Assembly: GCA_903825105.1 (NCBI GenBank)
Contig: CAIJZI010000006.1
Coordinates: 1,399-65,398 of the forward strand
DNA length: 64,000 nt
DNA from: an uncultured bacterium
GTDB lineage: Bacteria > Patescibacteriota > Minisyncoccia > Phycocordibacterales > Phycocordibacteraceae
Direction of reading: 5' to 3'
The position numbers were made by a program, and so were the translations under genes. Of the stretch, positions 1 through 9,526 are shown one piece after another. The notes beneath the pieces are model-generated. The model ran no database searches. It was not told the origin of the DNA and saw nothing but the letters and a program-made list of their open reading frames with translations. Within the stretch, counting starts at the first letter, position 1. Each line of letters begins with the position of its first letter.

Positions 1-864
1 GCTCTGCCGATAAAAAATTATCAGGTCGATATCGAAAAGTTAAAAAAGATGATTCGGCCAGAAACCATTTTAGTTTCAATGGACGCCGTCTGTGGCGAGA
101 CGGGCGTGATCTGGAACACGCGCGAAGTCGCCGATGTTTTGAAAAAATTTCGCACGGGCAATCCAGAAAAACAGAGCGCTCCGGCCGCTCGGCCAATTCA
201 ACTCTGTTTTTCCGGCTCGCCCGTGCTCCATATCGACGCGAGTCAGGCACCACTGACAGAAAAAATTTCTCGTGCGCACTTCGGCGCAGATCTGCTTACT
301 TTTGACGCATCGAAAGTGGGCACGACGCGCGGCATTGGCATTTTAATCGCGCATCGCACTATCCCCATTCTTCCTTTTTATTATGGTGGCGGGCAAGAGA
401 GAGGGCTCCACTCGGGGAGCGAAGCGCCCGATCTCGCGCAGAGCTTCGCGAGAGACTTGTGCGCAGTGAATCGTAATCGAGAAAAATTTGTCACGAGAGC
501 GAAGAAAGAACGCGCGCAACTTATAGATTTTATTAAAAAGAATATAAAGTTAAAAGAAAGCGAAGTATATATAAATGAAGCACCAGCCGATAGACAAGTG
601 CCAAACATTCTTAATCTCTCATTCCCAAATCAGGACACCGATTATCTCGTCGCCCTGCTCGACGAAGCAGGCTTCGCTGTCTCGACCAGAAGCGCCTGCG
701 AGACCAACTCTGCCGACGGCTCTCGCGCTGTCTTCTCCTTAACCGGCGACAAATCCCGCGCCCTCGCTACGCTACGCATCTCTTGGGGGGCATCCACTTC
801 TCATCGTTCTCTCTCCCGTTTCGCCAAAGCACTCGCGAAGGCGGCGGAGTTTATTACGACTTGA
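1..864 (+). CDS. Cysteine desulfurase (class V aminotransferase, IscS/NifS-like), 5'-truncated at window edge
   Basis: Frame is open from nt 1. Translation has 'GGGQERGLHSGSEAP', which matches the conserved 'GGGQERGxRSGT' active-site loop region, and a C-terminal 'RISWG' like IscS 'RFSLG'. Confidence 0.6.
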   Translation, partial: ALPIKNYQVDIEKLKKMIRPETILVSMDAVCGETGVIWNTREVADVLKKFRTGNPEKQSAPAARPIQLCFSGSPVLHIDASQAPLTEKISRAHFGADLLTFDASKVGTTRGIGILIAHRTIPILPFYYGGGQERGLHSGSEAPDLAQSFARDLCAVNRNREKFVTRAKKERAQLIDFIKKNIKLKESEVYINEAPADRQVPNILNLSFPNQDTDYLVALLDEAGFAVSTRSACETNSADGSRAVFSLTGDKSRALATLRISWGASTSHRSLSRFAKALAKAAEFITT

Positions 865-877
865 ATTTATATATCAT

Positions 878-1387
878 TTGATATACTTCGTGCATATGAC
901 TAAACATATTTGGGAGGGAGTTCGTGGTCCAAAAGAAGAATGGGTTCCAATCGATGAATTTCCAGATGAAAAAGAGACGGCCTTGAATCCAGAACAACGA
1001 ATCGTTCTTATGGATCTGTATCAAAAGGGATTGTTGAGTGAAGAAGAACGCGAGTTGGCTGAAGAATGTCTCGGGATAATGACTGATGACGCGCCAAAAG
1101 ATGTGAAGGATGAAAAGCCTGTCGATGTAGAAGATGTCCCCATTCAGGAAGATCCAGAGCCTAAGACATTTGAATCACCAGAAATGGAGGATTACGAAGA
1201 CGGATTGTCCGCCAGCGGTCGAGAAGATCTCCTAAAAGTGAAGGGTTGGTTTGTGAAAGCTAGATCTAGACGTGGTGATAATAAAAGAGATTGGAAGTCT
1301 TCCGCCAGTCCGCACGGAAGAAGTACTATACGGAAACCATCAGAAGATGGCGACGCCCAGCTTCGTGATAACCCTTACGATAGATAA
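878..1387 (+). CDS. Hypothetical acidic protein (Glu/Asp-rich)
   Basis: 169-aa ORF immediately after the desulfurase with low-complexity acidic composition; no recognisable motif. Confidence 0.35.
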   Translation: MIYFVHMTKHIWEGVRGPKEEWVPIDEFPDEKETALNPEQRIVLMDLYQKGLLSEEERELAEECLGIMTDDAPKDVKDEKPVDVEDVPIQEDPEPKTFESPEMEDYEDGLSASGREDLLKVKGWFVKARSRRGDNKRDWKSSASPHGRSTIRKPSEDGDAQLRDNPYDR

Positions 1388-1490
1388 AAATTAGAAAGAC
1401 GAAAACGCTTCGTCAATACATAGGAGTTTCCTATGCAATAATTCCTATGCAATAAAAATCAGTAAAGTTTATTGATGTATAATTTTTGCT

Positions 1491-2201
1491 ATGGAAGCAA
1501 AACCCTCTCAAATAGATAACGAGTCTCTTGTCGAGATTAATAGGGAACAAATTGAAAATAATGTTGCATTAAAGATAGAAAAATTGAAACAGTTACCGAT
1601 AATCGCAAAAGCTTTTGAAATGCTCGACGCTTTGCCAGATTATTTGAGATACCACGCGAAATCACACACAGAAGACGTTTTTCACGAGGCAGTACTTTTT
1701 GGGATGGTAGATGGATTGGGAGGAAAAGAAATCGAGAGGCTCGCTGTAGCTGCAGCGTGGCACGATGTCGGATATTTAGTTAGACCAAAAGACAACGAAG
1801 AAGTGGCAGTTGAACTATTTGAAAAAGAAATAGCTGGGTTGAATTTGGAATATGCAGAAGATGTCAAAAAAATGATAATGGACACAAAATTGAAAATGAC
1901 AGAAAAAGGTCCAGAAATACTGATGACCGACCCAGTTTCAGCCCATTTGCTTGATGCGGATGTGAGCAATTTCGGCAGAACGGACTTCTTACAAAAAAGA
2001 GATTTGCTCGTAGAAGAATTAAAAATTGATTTAACTGATAAAGATACAAAAAGAAAATTTTTAGAGTTCGAATTAGCTTTATTAAAAAATCATGAGTGGC
2101 ATACAGAAGCAGCTCGTAAACTCAGACAAGAACAAAAAGATAAAAATACCGAAGAATTGGAAAAAGAAATCGCAGGAATTGACACCAGCGGTCAACGGTA
2201 G
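1491..2201 (+). CDS. HD-domain-like hypothetical protein
   Basis: 'AAWHDVGY' H-D motif. TATAAT-like box at ~1473-1478 is 13 nt upstream of the ATG. Confidence 0.4.
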   Translation: MEAKPSQIDNESLVEINREQIENNVALKIEKLKQLPIIAKAFEMLDALPDYLRYHAKSHTEDVFHEAVLFGMVDGLGGKEIERLAVAAAWHDVGYLVRPKDNEEVAVELFEKEIAGLNLEYAEDVKKMIMDTKLKMTEKGPEILMTDPVSAHLLDADVSNFGRTDFLQKRDLLVEELKIDLTDKDTKRKFLEFELALLKNHEWHTEAARKLRQEQKDKNTEELEKEIAGIDTSGQR

Positions 2202-2213
2202 CATTATAGGGGT

Positions 2214-2978
2214 ATGAATATTGAGGAACTCTCTAAATCACAGCTTATACTCCTCACGATTCTCGTGAACTTCGTTACCTCGGTCGCGACCGGTATCTTG
2301 ACCGTTTCTCTGCTCGATCAAGCGCCGCCATTTGTCACCCAGACCGTGAATCGTGTCGTCGAGCACACCATAGAAACCGTCTCGAAGGTCGCTCCTGCTG
2401 CGATTGTTCAAGCGCCCGCGCCCTCGAATCAGGATCTCGTTATGTCTGCGATTGGTGCTGATGCGACTCGTGCTGTAGTTATCTTCGATGCCAAGACGGG
2501 CACTTCGACTCCGGCGATTTCTGTCGGCACTTATCTGCCAAAGGCGCGCGCGGTCGCTACCGCTTCGCAGGACGCATTACCGAAAGAGGCTCTTATTGAA
2601 TTCCCGGGAGGAACATATGTAGAAGCCTCGCTCTCTCATAATGGAAATGGAATAACGATTTATGGCTTCGCGGACAGCGCTTCGCTCCCAAAGGTGACAT
2701 CACCATCATTGATTGGTGTGGGGGAGTTAAAGCTCGGCCAAACAGTGCTCGCGATTACTTCTGATGGCTCTGCCGCTACGGGGATTGTCGCGCGTGTGAC
2801 TAAGACGAGCATCCGTACAACATTGCCAGACATTGGCGCAGGAAGCGCGGCAGTCGATCTCTCGGGGAATCTGATCGGTATCGGCGCAGGAGTAACACCG
2901 GGGCTTCTTATCGGGAGTGACATCATCACCATACTTCTAAATGCGACCACAACAGCGACCTCGACCGTTTCTAAATGA
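2214..2978 (+). CDS. Membrane-anchored protein with degenerate trypsin-like (S1) fold
   Basis: N-terminal TM segment. C-terminal 'GSAAVDLSGNLIGIGAG' resembles the S1 protease 'GDSGGP…G.LIGI' region but the catalytic Ser is replaced (GSAA). Confidence 0.35.
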   Translation: MNIEELSKSQLILLTILVNFVTSVATGILTVSLLDQAPPFVTQTVNRVVEHTIETVSKVAPAAIVQAPAPSNQDLVMSAIGADATRAVVIFDAKTGTSTPAISVGTYLPKARAVATASQDALPKEALIEFPGGTYVEASLSHNGNGITIYGFADSASLPKVTSPSLIGVGELKLGQTVLAITSDGSAATGIVARVTKTSIRTTLPDIGAGSAAVDLSGNLIGIGAGVTPGLLIGSDIITILLNATTTATSTVSK

Positions 2979-3026
2979 TTATAATTAATTTCACAACGAT
3001 AAACTACTCACCATAATCTATTTATT

Positions 3027-5735
3027 ATGCCACCGTCATTTAATAATTTCACCGCGAAAGCAAAGGAGGCCGTGCAGCGATCGCACGAACTCGCCATTGA
3101 GCGCGGGCAGAATCATGTGTCGTCACTCCACTTGCTCGCTGCGCTCGTCTTCCAAGAAGAGTCGCTCGTTTTTTCTATTCTTGACCGTATGGGAATTGAT
3201 ACGGTTGCCTTCGCAGACGCTGTAGTCGAACGCCTCGAGACTCCAGAGAACGCAACCGTCCTCTCGCCGTCTTATCAGATCTATCTCACGCCAGAACTCG
3301 CACAAGCTCTTGAAGCTTCAGGCAAGATCGCCGCGCGGATGAATGACGCTTTTATCGGCACCGAGCATCTGTTCCTCGCTGTTCTTGAACATTCAGGTAC
3401 TGCGGCAGACATTCTCGCGCGATTTTCTATCACTCAAGCGTCAGCCGCTGCGGTGTTGAAGGAATTAAAAAATTCAAAAGATGGCCAGATCGTAGAGCCG
3501 AAACAGTTCCGCGCGCTCTCGAAGTATGCGCGCAATCTGACAAAACTCGCGGCAGAAAATAAGCTCGACCCCGTCATCGGTAGAGATTTTGAAATCAATC
3601 GCGTGATTCAAATCCTTTCTCGTCGCACCAAAAATAATCCGATTCTCATCGGCGAAGCGGGTGTCGGGAAAACCGCAATCGCTGAAGGCCTCGCCGCGCG
3701 CATGGCGACAAACGATGTGCCAGAATCGCTCAAAGGGAAGGAGCTGCTCTCGCTCGACCTCGGACTTATGGTCGCGGGCACCAAGTATCGCGGCGAATTT
3801 GAAGAACGGATGAAAAATGTGATGAAAGAAGTCGCGCGTGCAGAAGGAAAGATTATTCTCTTTGTTGACGAACTGCACACACTCGTTGGCGCGGGCGGGG
3901 CAGAAGGCTCACTCGACGCTTCGAATATGTTGAAGCCAGCACTCTCGCGCGGCGAGATCCACATCATTGGCGCGACGACGCTGAAGGAATATCAGAAGTA
4001 TATAGAAAAAGATGCTGCACTCACGCGCCGATTCCAATCCGTTTTCGTGAACGAGCCTTCGATTGAAGACGGCATCGCGATTCTCCGCGGACTGCGCGAT
4101 AAATATGAACTCTTCCATGGCGTACGCATCACTGACGGCGCGATTGTTGCTGCGGTTGAACTCTCTTCGCGCTACATCAGTGACCGATTTTTGCCAGACA
4201 AAGCGATTGACCTTATCGACGAAGCTGCGTCGGGCCTTCGTATCGCACTCGAGAATAAACCACCGTTGCTTGAAGAAACGGATAGAAAGATTCGTCGTCT
4301 CGAAATAGAGAAGCAGGCATTACAAAAAGATCTTGATATCGAGAACTCGAGTGGTACTGCTGTCGTCGGAAAAGAAATAAAGGAGCGTATCAAGGTAATC
4401 GATGCAGAGGTCGCCGATCTGCGCGAGAAAACGAGCGAGCTTGAACTCAAATGGAAAAATGAAAAAGAAGTGTTGACGGGCATTCGCGCTGACAAGACAG
4501 AACTCGAGTCATTAAAAATACAAGCAGACAATGCAGAAATCGCCGCCGATCTCGGCACTGCCGCAGAAATTCGCTACGGGAAGATCCCGCATTTGCAAAA
4601 AGATTTGGAGACAAAATTAAAACGCTTGAAAACTTTACAAAAATCGCGTCGCGTTTTGAACGAAGAAGTGAGTGAAGGAAATATCGCAGAAGTGGTGAGT
4701 CGCTGGACCGGTATCCCCGTCGCTCGAATGCTCGAAGAAGAAGCAGCGAAGCTCGCGCGAATGGAGAGTGAACTCAAGGCGTGTGTTATCGGTCAAGATG
4801 ATGCGGTAAAGAAGGTAACGGACGCGGTGAAGCGCTCGCGCGTGGGCATTTCTGATCCGAATCGCCCGATTGGCTCATTCCTCTTCCTTGGTCCAACCGG
4901 CGTGGGGAAGACCGAACTCTCGAAGAAGCTCGCGGAATTTATGTTTAATGACACTGAAGCACTCGTGCGCGTTGATATGAGCGAATTTATGGAGAAGCAT
5001 TCTGTCGCAAAACTGATCGGTGCACCACCGGGCTATGTCGGTTATGAAGAAGCCGGCACTTTGACTGAGCGGATTCGTCATCGCCCCTATGCTGTCGTCC
5101 TTTTTGACGAAATAGAGAAGGCGCACCCAGAAGTCTTCAACATTCTGCTTCAGGTTCTTGATTCTGGGCACCTCACTGACGGCAAGGGGCGCAAGGTGAA
5201 TTTCAAAAATACGATTATCGTGCTCACGAGTAATGTCGGTGGAGAATTTGTCGATCGCCTCGCGCGTATCGGCTTCGGCACGGCGGGCGCGACCGACGCG
5301 ACGCGTTATGAAGAAACAAAAGAGCGCGTGATGGGCGCTTTGAAGGAGCACTTCCGTCCAGAATTCTTAAATCGTCTCGACGACATTATCATCTTCGATC
5401 TTCTTACTAAAGAAGCGCTCACGAAGATTGTCGATAATCAGATCGAAGAAGTCACTGGTCGCCTCGCACACAAGCGTATCGCGCTCGCATTCTCGAGTGA
5501 AGTCCGCCTCTGGCTCGCAGAAAAAGGCTATAGCCCGCTCTATGGCGCACGCCCACTTCGCCGAACGATTCAGGACAAAATCCTCACCCCACTCGCTTCG
5601 CTTATGGTCGCGCAGGGCGTTCGCGAAGGCTGCACAGTCACCATTTCTATCAAGGGTGGCGAACCACACTTCGATGTCGCGAAGAAGCGTGTGGCGCAGA
5701 AAATGCGCATGAAAGAAACAGAGACTATTGCATAA
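3027..5735 (+). CDS. clpB: ATP-dependent chaperone ClpB (Clp/Hsp100, two AAA+ modules with coiled-coil middle domain)
   Basis: Clp_N repeats at the N-terminus. Two Walker A sites ('[15 protein letters not shown]' and '[15 protein letters not shown]'). 'RFQSVFV' sensor region. Long coiled-coil between NBD1 and NBD2. 902 aa. Confidence 0.9.
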   Translation: MPPSFNNFTAKAKEAVQRSHELAIERGQNHVSSLHLLAALVFQEESLVFSILDRMGIDTVAFADAVVERLETPENATVLSPSYQIYLTPELAQALEASGKIAARMNDAFIGTEHLFLAVLEHSGTAADILARFSITQASAAAVLKELKNSKDGQIVEPKQFRALSKYARNLTKLAAENKLDPVIGRDFEINRVIQILSRRTKNNPILIGEAGVGKTAIAEGLAARMATNDVPESLKGKELLSLDLGLMVAGTKYRGEFEERMKNVMKEVARAEGKIILFVDELHTLVGAGGAEGSLDASNMLKPALSRGEIHIIGATTLKEYQKYIEKDAALTRRFQSVFVNEPSIEDGIAILRGLRDKYELFHGVRITDGAIVAAVELSSRYISDRFLPDKAIDLIDEAASGLRIALENKPPLLEETDRKIRRLEIEKQALQKDLDIENSSGTAVVGKEIKERIKVIDAEVADLREKTSELELKWKNEKEVLTGIRADKTELESLKIQADNAEIAADLGTAAEIRYGKIPHLQKDLETKLKRLKTLQKSRRVLNEEVSEGNIAEVVSRWTGIPVARMLEEEAAKLARMESELKACVIGQDDAVKKVTDAVKRSRVGISDPNRPIGSFLFLGPTGVGKTELSKKLAEFMFNDTEALVRVDMSEFMEKHSVAKLIGAPPGYVGYEEAGTLTERIRHRPYAVVLFDEIEKAHPEVFNILLQVLDSGHLTDGKGRKVNFKNTIIVLTSNVGGEFVDRLARIGFGTAGATDATRYEETKERVMGALKEHFRPEFLNRLDDIIIFDLLTKEALTKIVDNQIEEVTGRLAHKRIALAFSSEVRLWLAEKGYSPLYGARPLRRTIQDKILTPLASLMVAQGVREGCTVTISIKGGEPHFDVAKKRVAQKMRMKETETIA

Positions 5736-5762
5736 ATCCATTATTTTTGTTAGATTTTATCT

Positions 5763-5933
5763 ATGTCACAAGACCGCGTTATCCGCATGCAATCATCTGC
5801 ATCGAAACATTTAAGAATTATCCGCAAGAACAAGAAAAAAGTTGAGCGGAAAATACAACTTACTAAATACGACCCTGTCGCGAGGAAGCGTGCGGTGTAT
5901 AAAGAAATTAAATGGAAGGGAAAGGGCGGATAA
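5763..5933 (+). CDS. rpmG: 50S ribosomal protein bL33 (not in ORF track, 56 aa)
   Basis: ATG at ~5763 to TAA at ~5931-5933. Translation 'MSQDRVIRMQSSASKHLRIIRKNKKKVERKIQLTKYDPVARKRAVYKEIKWKGKGG' matches the bL33 pattern '…KNKR..PEKLEL.KYDPV.RKHV.YKE.K'. Confidence 0.55.
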   Translation: MSQDRVIRMQSSASKHLRIIRKNKKKVERKIQLTKYDPVARKRAVYKEIKWKGKGG

Positions 5934-5944
5934 ATAAACTCTGT

Positions 5945-7054
5945 ATGCTGAAAAAGATGTGGTCGACTTGTTCAAGATCAAGTCGTTTTTGGTGTTGGAC
6001 GGGAGTTGGTGTTATCGTGCTCGCTTTCGTTTATCTATTCTTTTTCGCCAACATTTTTCAAACTGAATATCGCTCGCTCGCGGCTGATGCACCGGAAAAA
6101 TTTATTCCATTGCCGGTATTTAATCGCGCTGACTACGACGCGCGCCTCCTCGCCCTCGCACACTTAGGGGTCGGACCGCTAAGTGAACTTAGCGGTCCGA
6201 CCCCTAAGTCGGCCACATCAACAGCGACTTCAACGCCGACGCTCTGGCCCGTAAAGACAGCATATCCAGACGCCGGCGCGATTCTCCCTTTTAAACGCAT
6301 CGTCGCGTACTACGGCAATTTTTATTCAAAAGGAATGGGCGTGCTCGGTGAATATCCTTCTGACCAGATGCTCGATATGCTAAGAAATGAAGTCAAGGTT
6401 TGGTCAGCCGCAGATCCGACCACTCCCGTCGTGCCCGCGATCCAAGAGATCGCTGTCGTCGCGCAGGCGAGTGCTGGCAGAGAAGGGAAATATATTTTAA
6501 GAATGCCAGATGAGCAGATTGATCACGCGCTCGAGCTCGCGCACAAGATAAACGGCATTGTGATTCTCGATGTGCAGGTAGGGAAGAGTACGCTCGAACA
6601 CGAGCTCCCGATGCTCGACAAGTATCTCGCGATGCCTGAAGTGCATCTCGCTATCGACCCAGAATTCTCGATGAAATTTGGCGATAAGCCGGGAACGGTC
6701 ATCGGTACTTTTGATGCAACCGATATCAATTATGCAGTTCAACATCTCGCAACTATTGTAAAAGAAAATAAGCTCGCGCCGAAGATTCTCGTCGTGCACC
6801 GCTTCACTCAAGCGATGGTGACGAATTATGAAAAGATACAGACCTCGCCTGAGGTGCAGATCGTGATGGATATGGACGGCTTCGGCTCGAAGGCAAAAAA
6901 GTTTAATACCTATAAGCGCGTTATTTATCCGGAGCCAGTGCAATTCACGGGCATCAAATTATTTTATAAAAATGACAACAATGCCGACGGCATCCTCTCT
7001 CCCGCAGAAGTGTTAAAAATGCTCCCCACGCCGATTTATATTCAGTATCAATAA
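5945..7054 (+). CDS. Hypothetical membrane-anchored protein (start moved to internal ATG so it does not overlap rpmG)
   Basis: N-terminal TM helix 'WTGVGVIVLAFVYLFFF'. Contains a 46-nt perfect palindrome at 6163-6208, in frame. Confidence 0.45.
   Translation: MLKKMWSTCSRSSRFWCWTGVGVIVLAFVYLFFFANIFQTEYRSLAADAPEKFIPLPVFNRADYDARLLALAHLGVGPLSELSGPTPKSATSTATSTPTLWPVKTAYPDAGAILPFKRIVAYYGNFYSKGMGVLGEYPSDQMLDMLRNEVKVWSAADPTTPVVPAIQEIAVVAQASAGREGKYILRMPDEQIDHALELAHKINGIVILDVQVGKSTLEHELPMLDKYLAMPEVHLAIDPEFSMKFGDKPGTVIGTFDATDINYAVQHLATIVKENKLAPKILVVHRFTQAMVTNYEKIQTSPEVQIVMDMDGFGSKAKKFNTYKRVIYPEPVQFTGIKLFYKNDNNADGILSPAEVLKMLPTPIYIQYQ
6163..6208. repeat. 46-nt perfect palindrome of the same GTCsGAC family inside ORF 5945-7054 (encodes 'LGVGPLSELSGPTPKS')
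   Basis: CTTAGGGGTCGGACCGCTAAGT-GA-ACTTAGCGGTCCGACCCCTAAG. Confidence 0.75.
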
Positions 7055-7088
7055 GCATTTTAAATGTTGGACATCGGAAGTCCAACAT

Positions 7089-7391
7089 TTACTTTTCGCC
7101 CTTCAGAATTATTCGCCCGTCAAATCCGCCGCGGTCGGCGAGCTTTTGGAGACGCAATACCTCCACGTCAGCATACTCGGGTAATCTTTTCAGTGCCTCG
7201 ACGACTTCTATCACATCTGCCAATTCTTCAGGATCGCCAGCTTCGTTAAATTCGCCAACTTCTTCTGCTAATTTTTTAATCAGTTCAGTTTTGTATTCTT
7301 CAGGCGAGGCAATTCTTTTTTCATACGGTACGCCCTTTGCATCCATTATTTCAGGAATGCGATCTCGCACCAGCTTGTTGTAACTTGTCAT
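7089..7391 (-). CDS. MazG-like nucleoside triphosphate pyrophosphohydrolase (house-cleaning NTPase fold)
   Basis: 100-aa all-alpha protein; 'EExGEFNEAGDPEELADVIEV' matches the MazG/HisE EExxE…D metal-binding helices. Confidence 0.55.
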   Translation of the reverse strand: MTSYNKLVRDRIPEIMDAKGVPYEKRIASPEEYKTELIKKLAEEVGEFNEAGDPEELADVIEVVEALKRLPEYADVEVLRLQKLADRGGFDGRIILKGEK

Positions 7392-7409
7392 AAAATAATT
7401 CTATCACGC

Positions 7410-7447
7410 ATAAAAAAAGAAAAGGGCTTCGCCGAAGCGAAGCCCTT
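7410..7447 (-). terminator. Intrinsic terminator for the 7462-8052 gene
   Basis: Hairpin AAGGGCTTCGC-CGAA-GCGAAGCCCTT followed by a T-run on the minus strand. Confidence 0.6.
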
Positions 7448-7461
7448 GTGGTGTTGTGCCG

Positions 7462-8052
7462 TCAGAATGAAAAATCGACAGCAAACGTTGTGTTTGTTTT
7501 TCTGGTATCGCGGTCGTAGAGAGTCGCGCCCCAGACGGTCACATTTTTCCGCGCGGCGTACTCGACACGCGGTCCGATTCCGCTGGCTGTCGCTTCGTCC
7601 ATCATGCCGATGTTGAAATTCTTCGGCAGGTGATATACGGCTGTGATGTAGCGGTATGGACCACTCGCGCCGTTTTCGAAGACTCCGAAGAAATCCGCTT
7701 TTTTGACAGTGGCACTGAACATGCCTGCGTAGCGGATCCCGTTCGGGTTCATTTCGCGTCCAGCAGCGACGCCGAACTGGAGCCACGAAGCGGGCTTCCA
7801 TGTCGGGCCGGCATAGGCCTCGAACCAGCTTGAGCCGCTCCACACCTTCTCGGTGAAACTATAAACACCAATAGAAGATGTCAGTTGGTGTCTGTACATC
7901 CCGATCAGTTGGTAGTGCCCCGTAGCCGATTGGCCGCGGTTTTCGATGAAGATGCCGAGATCTTTCTTCTCGGCTGCTGTCGGTTTGTCCGCCGCGGGGG
8001 CGGAGACCGAAATGATTGCAAACAACATCAAAGAGCAAAAAAACTTGTTCAT
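7462..8052 (-). CDS. Secreted hypothetical protein (signal peptide)
   Basis: Start moved to 'MNKFFCSLMLFAIISVSAPAA', preceded by GGAGGA 6 nt upstream. A cleavable signal peptide is likely. Possible beta-rich protein. Confidence 0.5.
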   Translation of the reverse strand: MNKFFCSLMLFAIISVSAPAADKPTAAEKKDLGIFIENRGQSATGHYQLIGMYRHQLTSSIGVYSFTEKVWSGSSWFEAYAGPTWKPASWLQFGVAAGREMNPNGIRYAGMFSATVKKADFFGVFENGASGPYRYITAVYHLPKNFNIGMMDEATASGIGPRVEYAARKNVTVWGATLYDRDTRKTNTTFAVDFSF

Positions 8053-8159
8053 CGTATCTCCTCCGCTTCCGCGGTTGAAATTTTGGACCTCTGCATATAG
8101 GTTAGCATACTTATAATTATTTGTCAAGTTGTGGAGCGGGGTGGTAGTATTTACCTCAT

Positions 8160-8855
8160 ATGAACACAGAAACAAACAAATATTTTTTACCAGCAGCAGT
8201 AATCCTCGCAGGGCTCTTTATCGCCGGCGCAGTATTCTGGAATGGTTCTCATCCAAAGGCGGCGAATCCGACAGACACGAACACCGCGCCAGTTGTCGAT
8301 ATTAAAAATGTGAAGACGGACGGCGATCCTTTTATTGGCAACGCGAATGCGCCTATCGTAATCGCTGAATGGACGGATTATCAGTGTCCATTCTGTAAGC
8401 AGTTTGAAACCACGACGCTCCCACAAATCGAGAAGAATTATATCGAAGCAGGAAAAGTAAAAATCGTGTTTAAAGATTTTCAATTTCTCGGGGCTGACTC
8501 TCTCGTTGACGCAGAATACGCACGCGCAGTTTGGGCGCTCTACCCGGCGCAGTTCCCAGCTTGGCGCGAGGCACTCTTTAGCCAAGAGCCACAAGAAAAT
8601 AGCTTGAACGCGGCGGACAATCTTAAATTTGTTCTTAAGGTAACCGGCTCGGTCGCGGGCATTGATGTAAATAAAGTGACTGCTGATGTGAAAGCGAATC
8701 AAGCGAAATATGATGCCGTAATCGAAGAAGATAAGACAGAGGCAGGGGACTTCGGCATCCAAGCGACACCATCATTTGTCGTTGGTACTCAAATGATCGC
8801 GGGCGCGTACCCGTACGCGACATTCCAGACCGCGATCGACGCACTTCTGAAGTAG
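8160..8855 (+). CDS. DsbA-like thiol:disulfide oxidoreductase (thioredoxin fold, membrane anchored)
   Basis: N-terminal TM helix. 'WTDYQCPFCKQF' has the CPFC active site. A TTGTCA…TAGTAT promoter-like pair lies upstream (~8132-8155). Confidence 0.75.
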   Translation: MNTETNKYFLPAAVILAGLFIAGAVFWNGSHPKAANPTDTNTAPVVDIKNVKTDGDPFIGNANAPIVIAEWTDYQCPFCKQFETTTLPQIEKNYIEAGKVKIVFKDFQFLGADSLVDAEYARAVWALYPAQFPAWREALFSQEPQENSLNAADNLKFVLKVTGSVAGIDVNKVTADVKANQAKYDAVIEEDKTEAGDFGIQATPSFVVGTQMIAGAYPYATFQTAIDALLK

Positions 8856-8865
8856 TTAAAAAAAT

Positions 8866-8902
8866 AAAACCCCGCCCCTTAGGGGCGGGGTTTTATTTTT
8901 TC
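8866..8902. terminator. Bidirectional intrinsic terminator between convergent dsbA-like and dedA genes
   Basis: AAAACCCCGCCCC-TTA-GGGGCGGGGTTTTATTTTTT: a perfect GC hairpin flanked by A-run and T-run. Confidence 0.75.
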
Positions 8903-9504
8903 CCGCGGAGGTAGCTGATTAAAACGGGGAGTAAAGAGAGTGCGACAATGGTGAGAGAGAATGGAAGTACATAATGTTCGCTATTTGGAACTACCGAGCC
9001 GAGGAAGTAGCCAAGCGAGACCATCCCTGCGCCCCAAGTGACGCCACCGATGACGTTAAAAGAGAGAAATCGAGAATAGTGCATCTGTCCCACTCCCGCC
9101 AAGACGGGCGCGAGCGTTCGTACGATCGGCACGAATCGTGCGAGGATAATCGCCCTGCCACCATACGCTTCAAAAAACTTTTGTGTTCGGCCAACATATT
9201 CCTGTTTAAAAAAACGTGAATTTGGCCTTTTAAATAAAGTGTCGCCCATTTTCGCTCCGAACCAGTAGCCCGTAGAATCGCCCAGTATCGCCGCGAGAAT
9301 GACGATTATGACGAGTAGAGGGAATGAGAGAATACTGTGCGCGGCGAGAAGGCCAGCGATAAAGAGGAGAGAATCACCGGGGAAGAAGACTCCGAGTAAG
9401 ATCCCGCTCTCTGCGAAGATAAGAAGAGCAATGCCGATATAGCCACCAAATTTTATAATGGCGAGCGGGTTGAGATGTATACAGGCGTAGAGAAATGCGT
9501 GCAT
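8893..9504 (-). CDS. DedA/SNARE-associated family membrane protein
   Basis: Multi-TM protein; 'ILARFVPIVRTLAPVLAGVGQMHYSRFLSFNVIGGVTWG' is the conserved DedA core. Confidence 0.7.
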   Translation of the reverse strand: MHAFLYACIHLNPLAIIKFGGYIGIALLIFAESGILLGVFFPGDSLLFIAGLLAAHSILSFPLLVIIVILAAILGDSTGYWFGAKMGDTLFKRPNSRFFKQEYVGRTQKFFEAYGGRAIILARFVPIVRTLAPVLAGVGQMHYSRFLSFNVIGGVTWGAGMVSLGYFLGSVVPNSEHYVLPFSLTIVALSLLPVLISYLRGKK

Positions 9505-9526
9505 CTTATGCAGTATACTAGAGTTA

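Noticed and set aside
3474-5741. Several 100-160-aa minus-strand ORFs inside clpB
   Set aside because: Antisense frames within a 902-aa gene with unambiguous ClpB motifs.
8187-8762. 191-aa minus-strand ORF
   Set aside because: Antisense to the well-supported DsbA-like gene.
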